Shown here in pieces: positions 19,688 to 20,612 of a stretch of 20,612 bases of DNA. Every line of letters starts with the position of its first letter. The first letter of the stretch is position 1. Source of the DNA: Bilabrum cf. latius (taxonomy: Eukaryota); the NCBI GenBank assembly GCA_965178125.1, contig OZ237740.1, positions 1,488,001 to 1,508,612 of the forward strand, read 5' to 3'. The position numbers and the translations under genes are program-made. The notes beneath the pieces are model-generated. The model saw nothing but the letters and a program-made list of their open reading frames with translations, did not search any database and was not told where the DNA came from.

Positions 19688-20612
19688 TTAGGGTTAGGGT
19701 TAGGGTTAGGGTTAGGGTTAGGGTTAGGGTTAGGGTTAGGGTTAGGGTTAGGGTTAGGGTTAGGGTTAGGGTTAGGGTTAGGGTTAGGGTTAGGGTTAGG
19801 GTTAGGGTTAGGGTTAGGGTTAGGGTTAGGGTTAGGGTTAGGGTTAGGGTTAGGGTTAGGGTTAGGGTTAGGGTTAGGGTTAGGGTTAGGGTTAGGGTTA
19901 GGGTTAGGGTTAGGGTTAGGGTTAGGGTTAGGGTTAGGGTTAGGGTTAGGGTTAGGGTTAGGGTTAGGGTTAGGGTTAGGGTTAGGGTTAGGGTTAGGGT
20001 TAGGGTTAGGGTTAGGGTTAGGGTTAGGGTTAGGGTTAGGGTTAGGGTTAGGGTTAGGGTTAGGGTTAGGGTTAGGGTTAGGGTTAGGGTTAGGGTTAGG
20101 GTTAGGGTTAGGGTTAGGGTTAGGGTTAGGGTTAGGGTTAGGGTTAGGGTTAGGGTTAGGGTTAGGGTTAGGGTTAGGGTTAGGGTTAGGGTTAGGGTTA
20201 GGGTTAGGGTTAGGGTTAGGGTTAGGGTTAGGGTTAGGGTTAGGGTTAGGGTTAGGGTTAGGGTTAGGGTTAGGGTTAGGGTTAGGGTTAGGGTTAGGGT
20301 TAGGGTTAGGGTTAGGGTTAGGGTTAGGGTTAGGGTTAGGGTTAGGGTTAGGGTTAGGGTTAGGGTTAGGGTTAGGGTTAGGGTTAGGGTTAGGGTTAGG
20401 GTTAGGGTTAGGGTTAGGGTTAGGGTTAGGGTTAGGGTTAGGGTTAGGGTTAGGGTTAGGGTTAGGGTTAGGGTTAGGGTTAGGGTTAGGGTTAGGGTTA
20501 GGGTTAGGGTTAGGGTTAGGGTTAGGGTTAGGGTTAGGGTTAGGGTTAGGGTTAGGGTTAGGGTTAGGGTTAGGGTTAGGGTTAGGGTTAGGGTTAGGGT
20601 TAGGGTTAGGGT
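19688..20612 (+). repeat. Telomere (TTAGGG)n, about 154 copies
   Basis: Uninterrupted TTAGGG array to the window end, G-rich strand running 5'->3' toward the terminus. Confidence 0.99.

Overview
Right-hand chromosome end of a compact, intron-containing eukaryotic (protist-like, flagellated) genome: ten tightly packed protein-coding genes, a short 43-bp subtelomeric repeat and a (TTAGGG)n telomere. The main result is a variant nuclear genetic code. About 50 in-frame TAG codons interrupt 8 of the 10 genes, several at conserved positions where homologues have Gln, while every gene ends in TGA or TAA. TAG therefore appears to be a sense codon (most likely Gln) and TAA remains a stop. The supplied ORF track uses the standard code and fragments most genes. 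Re-translated by hand, the genes are TCTP (5'-partial), BCD1/ZNHIT6, a peroxisomal enoyl-CoA isomerase/hydratase, an orphan, a G-patch protein, an HSF-type factor, Tctex-1, a site-1-protease-like subtilase, a CFAP97-domain protein and VPS72/YL1. Family assignments come from remembered motifs, not database searches.
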